From Anolis carolinensis (Eukaryota): a stretch of DNA of 64,000 nt. The translations under genes were made by a program, and so were the position numbers. Location of the stretch: assembly GCF_035594765.1 (NCBI RefSeq), contig NC_085845.1, positions 126,310,897 to 126,374,896 of the forward strand. Reading direction: 5' to 3'. Below the pieces are notes generated by a model that did no database searches, was not told the origin of the DNA, and saw only the letters and a program-made list of their open reading frames with translations. The stretch's first letter is position 1; each line of letters begins with the position of its first letter. This document shows, in pieces, positions 60,144 through 64,000 of this stretch.

Positions 60144-60865
60144 GGAACTGTATTTTATTTTTTCTTCTCCGGGACTGAAATGTCAAAAGGTTTGGTTATT
60201 TGGACTCTCTTATTTCCTGCCAAATAAGCTTTTGGCAACCTCTGCCAGATGTTGGGCTTTGGGCTGAGCTATTCAGCAGGGATCCTAGTTCCTGTGCACT
60301 TTAATTAGAGCAAGAACGCTTTTGTTCTGCTGCTTGTTGGCAGCTGCCCTTATTGTCACCAGCAGAGAGCAGCCGCTTGGCTGCAAATATATGACCCAAC
60401 ACCTTGCCAAGAGTATTACAGATTTCTGTAGAGAGAAAGCAGAAGAACCTAGGCAAACTCACCAAAGCTCTATGGGCACACAATCTCCAAGACTCTGGTT
60501 TTAAAGGAGTTATATAGCACTCAGGAGTCTTGAGCAGTATTTTATTTGTAGCATGGAGAACCACCATGGTATGAGAGTGAATGAGGCAGAGGCCTCTGCA
60601 GAGCCCTTTCCGGCACTAGTTATCATGCCTTGTACAAACAAAGATTACAGAAGGGTGAAAGAGGGAGCATTCACTCATTTTATTTTTACATTTATCTCAC
60701 CATGGGATTCAGGACCGCTTTCGGTGTAAATCAAAACCAGGTATGCTTAAAACAATAGCAAGAAGTTTAACAACAATTAAATGTTGTAATCATATTAAAG
60801 ACACACATTTCAAACACTTGAAACATAATAATGATAAAAATATATAGCTTCATTTATACGCAATT

Positions 60866-61631
60866 GTCTCTGATGGCTGAAAGTGAGGAAGAGCTGAGGA
60901 GCCTTATCACCAAGATGAAAGAAGAAAGTGTAAAAGCTGGGTTGCAGTTAAACGTCAAGAAAACCAAGATCATGGCAACTACACCTATTGATAACTGGCA
61001 AATAGAAGGAGAAAACATGGAGGCAGTGACAGACTTTATATTTCTAGGCGCGAAGATCACGGCAGATGCAGACTGCAGCCAGGAAATCAGAAGACATTTA
61101 CTTCTTGGGAGGAGAGCAATGGCCAACCTTGATAAAATAGTGAAGAGCAGAGACATCACACTGGCAACGAAGGTCTGCATAGTCAAAGCAATGGTATTCC
61201 CCATAGTAACCTATGGATCCGAGAGCTAGACCATAAGGAAGGCTGAGCGAAGGAAGATAGACGCTTTTGAACTCTGGTGCTGGAGGAAAATCCTGAGAGT
61301 GCCTTGGACCGCAAGAAGATCCAACCAGTCCATCCTTGGAAATAATGCCTGGCTGCTCACTGGAGGGAAGGATATTAGAGGCAAAGCTGAAGTATTTTGG
61401 CCATATCATGAGGAGACAGGAAAGCTTGGAAAAGATCACAATGCTGGGGAAAATGGAAGGAAAAAGGAAGAGAGGCCGACCATGGGCAAGATGGATGGAC
61501 GTTATCCTTGAAGTGACTGGGTTGACCTTGAAGGACCTGGGGGCGGCGACGGCCGACAGGGAGCTCTGGCGTGGACTGGTCCATGAGGTCACGAAGAGTC
61601 GGAGATGACTAAACGACTGAGCAGCAGCAGC
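60866..61631 (+). mobile_element. Bov-B (RTE) LINE 3' fragment
   Basis: LMAESEEELRSL...GLQLNVKKTKIM, DCSQEIRR, KAMVFPIVTYG, KLKYFGHIMRR, VHEVTKSR; (CAG)n tail. Confidence 0.93.
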
Positions 61632-61673
61632 TCCAGAAGACCTACAAAATGCCCAGAGGAGTATTCTGTCTGA

Positions 61674-61896
61674 AGGTGCACCTACACTGTAGAATTAATG
61701 CAGCATGACACCACTTTAATAGGCATAGCGCAATGCTATGATATCCCAGGAATTGTAATTTTACATGGTTTTCAGTCTTCTCTGACAAAGAGTGCTGATG
61801 CCTAGTCAAACTATGACTCCCATGATCATATAACATTGAGCCATGGCAGTTAAAATGGTGTGAAACTGCATTAATTTTACAGCAAAGATGCACCTT
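61674..61896. mobile_element. PIF/Harbinger-like MITE
   Basis: AGGTGCA..CTGTAGAATTAATGCAG / CTGCATTAATTTTACAG..TGCACCT. Confidence 0.65.
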
Positions 61897-62374
61897 CAGT
61901 TTCCAGTGCAATTCTGTGGACAATTTACACCAGGAGTTCTGCCAGAAGTTGGCCATAGATTTGTGCTGAAGGCTCAGATAATACATTTCTCTAGATCTGA
62001 CAGACCAAGTAGGAAGACTAGGGTTACCTGTTACATGAAAACAAGCCGGACTTTAGCACAGCAGGTTAATCACCAAGCTGTAATAATCTTGCCAACCAGA
62101 AGGTTGAGTGTTCAAAGCCTGTGTCACGGTAAGCTCCTGACCTTTAGCCCAGCTTCTGGCAACCTAGCAGTTAGAAAACAAATGTGAGTAGGAACTGCAT
62201 TAAAACTGGGGTAGGGGGGAGTATTTAGGCTCGGTGTTTTGATCAGAAAAAGGAGAAAGTTTATGAACAAAGAAAGCTCTTGGCAGAGGGGTGGACTGAC
62301 AGCACCCCCCCCCCCAATGGCTGGAACCAAGCCCTGCCTCCAAAGATGCCAAAATATGGGGGAAAGCCTGTATA

Positions 62375-63381
62375 CAGTGTTCCCTCACTTATTGCTGGGG
62401 TTATGTTCCAGGATCACCCTCAATAAGTGAAAATCCGTGAAGTAGGGACACTATATTTATTTTAATGCTAGCTTGGGAACCGGCGATGTCTGGGTTATTT
62501 GATAAAGGCATTATTTGTCTTTGTTAGGTATTCTCAGTCTGGAGTGGGTGAACTACAATTCCCAGAATCGTGGGTCAATCCTCCCCAAACCCTGCCAGTA
62601 TTCACAGTTGGCCATTTTGGGTCTGTGTACCAAGCGTGGTCCAGATCTGTCATTGGCTGGTCATCGCCTGGCTGCAGTGCTCTCTGAATGGGGGTGAACT
62701 GCTACAACTCCCAGATTCCAGGGGTAATTGTCCCAAAACATCTGTCAGTATCTACAGCAGGCTAAGTTGAATCTGTGTGCCAAGTTTGGTCCAGATCCGT
62801 CATTGGCTGGGTTCAGTGCTCTTTGTATGCAAGTGACCTACAACTCCCAAAATCAAGGCCCTTTCCCACAAACCCCTGCAGTATGTTCAATTAGTCTTGA
62901 GGCTTCTCTGTGCAAAATTTGGTCCCGGTCCATTGTCGGTGGGGGTCACTGTTTCTCTGGATGCAGGTGAACTATAACTCCCTTTTCCCCAAACGTCCAA
63001 TATGCTCTTTTGGTTATGGGGGCTCTGTGTGTCAAGTTTGGTCTTGGTCCATCATCGGAGGGGTTCGGAGTGCTCATTCATTGTAGACACCTGTGCCACA
63101 TACAGGTTTTCACTTTTATTATGGATATAGATTTATACATTATTTTAGTAGTTATACACTATTTTAAGTCATTATCAACTGATCGTGTCTTGATAAATCA
63201 CCTCCTTCTCCTCCCATTGCCACTTGGGCTCCTTTTCTCTCCCTTCAGCTTCTCCTTTCTCCCTTCCTTAGGTTGTAAATTGTAATTTTTTATGATTTAT
63301 AGTAGTCCTTTAGAGTTTATTGAAAAACCGCAAAACAGCAAATCCGCGAAAAGTGAACCTTGAAGTAGTGAGGGAACACTG
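62375..63381. mobile_element. Tigger-like MITE interrupted by a Helitron
   Basis: TIRs CAGTGTTCCCTCACT / AGTGAGGGAACACTG, TA TSD. Confidence 0.85.
62468..63131 (-). mobile_element. Non-autonomous Helitron, apparently full length
   Basis: Minus strand 5'-TC start, 3'-CTAG end preceded by a degenerate GC hairpin, no TSD, internal tandem subrepeats. Confidence 0.75.
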
Positions 63382-63489
63382 TATCTCTATCTGTTGTCTG
63401 TCTTGTCATTGTCATAATCAGTATTGAATGTTTGCCGTATATGTGTTCTGTAATCCACCCTGAGCACCTGTCAATTAAAAATAAAATAT

Positions 63490-63840
63490 AGCCCCTGCTC
63501 GTTGCTGACTTAGCAACCCGAAAGATAGTTGCATCTATCAAGTAGGAAATAAGGTACCACTTATAAAAAGTGGGGAGGCAAGTTTAACTAATTTACAACG
63601 TTGGAATGAGGAAGTGAGGAAGTGCCATCAGAGTGGATGATGAAGCAGCTGCTCCCCCCTGTGGCCAGAATAGAACATCCCCTCAGGAAAAGGTTAAATT
63701 GCCTTTGTGTCTGTCTGTCTCAGTCTCTGTTTGATGTGTTTCTGGGCACTGAATGTTTGCCCTATGTATGTATAATGTGATCCGCCCTGAGTCCCCTTCA
63801 GGGTGAGAAGGGCGGAATATAAATGCTGTAAATAATAAAT
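63490..63840 (+). mobile_element. SINE-like retroposon with L2-type tail
   Basis: Sauria-like middle; gccctgagtcccc..gagaagggcggaatataaat tail. Confidence 0.55.
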
Positions 63841-64000
63841 AATTGTATTACACAGAAGGTCCTAATAGGCATAGAAGACAGCATTTTCTGCACAGAAAAT
63901 AGCACAGGAATCGATAATTCTGTACTGAAATATGTTCCATACAGAGAATACATCTCTAGTTTTTGTGATACAGAACATTCGGCATCTACCAGTTGCAATC

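Overview
Vertebrate genomic DNA, almost certainly a squamate. The repeat repertoire (Sauria SINE, Bov-B, CR1, L2, Vingi, R4/Dong, Penelope, hAT and Tc1/mariner MITEs) points to an Anolis-like lizard; this is an inference. The window holds the 3' part of one + strand gene, GRAMD4. I could splice 16 GT-AG coding exons (9893-52614, 1454 nt, frame-consistent, ending at TAG 52612-52614), followed by a ~3.9 kb 3'UTR with no recognisable TE and a distal AATAAA at 56471. The first coding exons lie upstream of the window. Introns and downstream DNA are dense with transposable elements, including several multi-level nests with readable TSDs. The most notable observations are: (1) a candidate frame-preserving 18-nt microexon (LSGHEK, 40080-40097); (2) minimal hammerhead-ribozyme motifs in Penelope-like LTR fragments, one in the sense strand of the last intron; (3) a near-intact L1 EN-RT fragment truncated at both ends; (4) a five-element TE nest; (5) a locally templated inverted duplication. 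I found no support for a wholly new multi-gene system; most short ORFs in the track are TE-derived or spurious.
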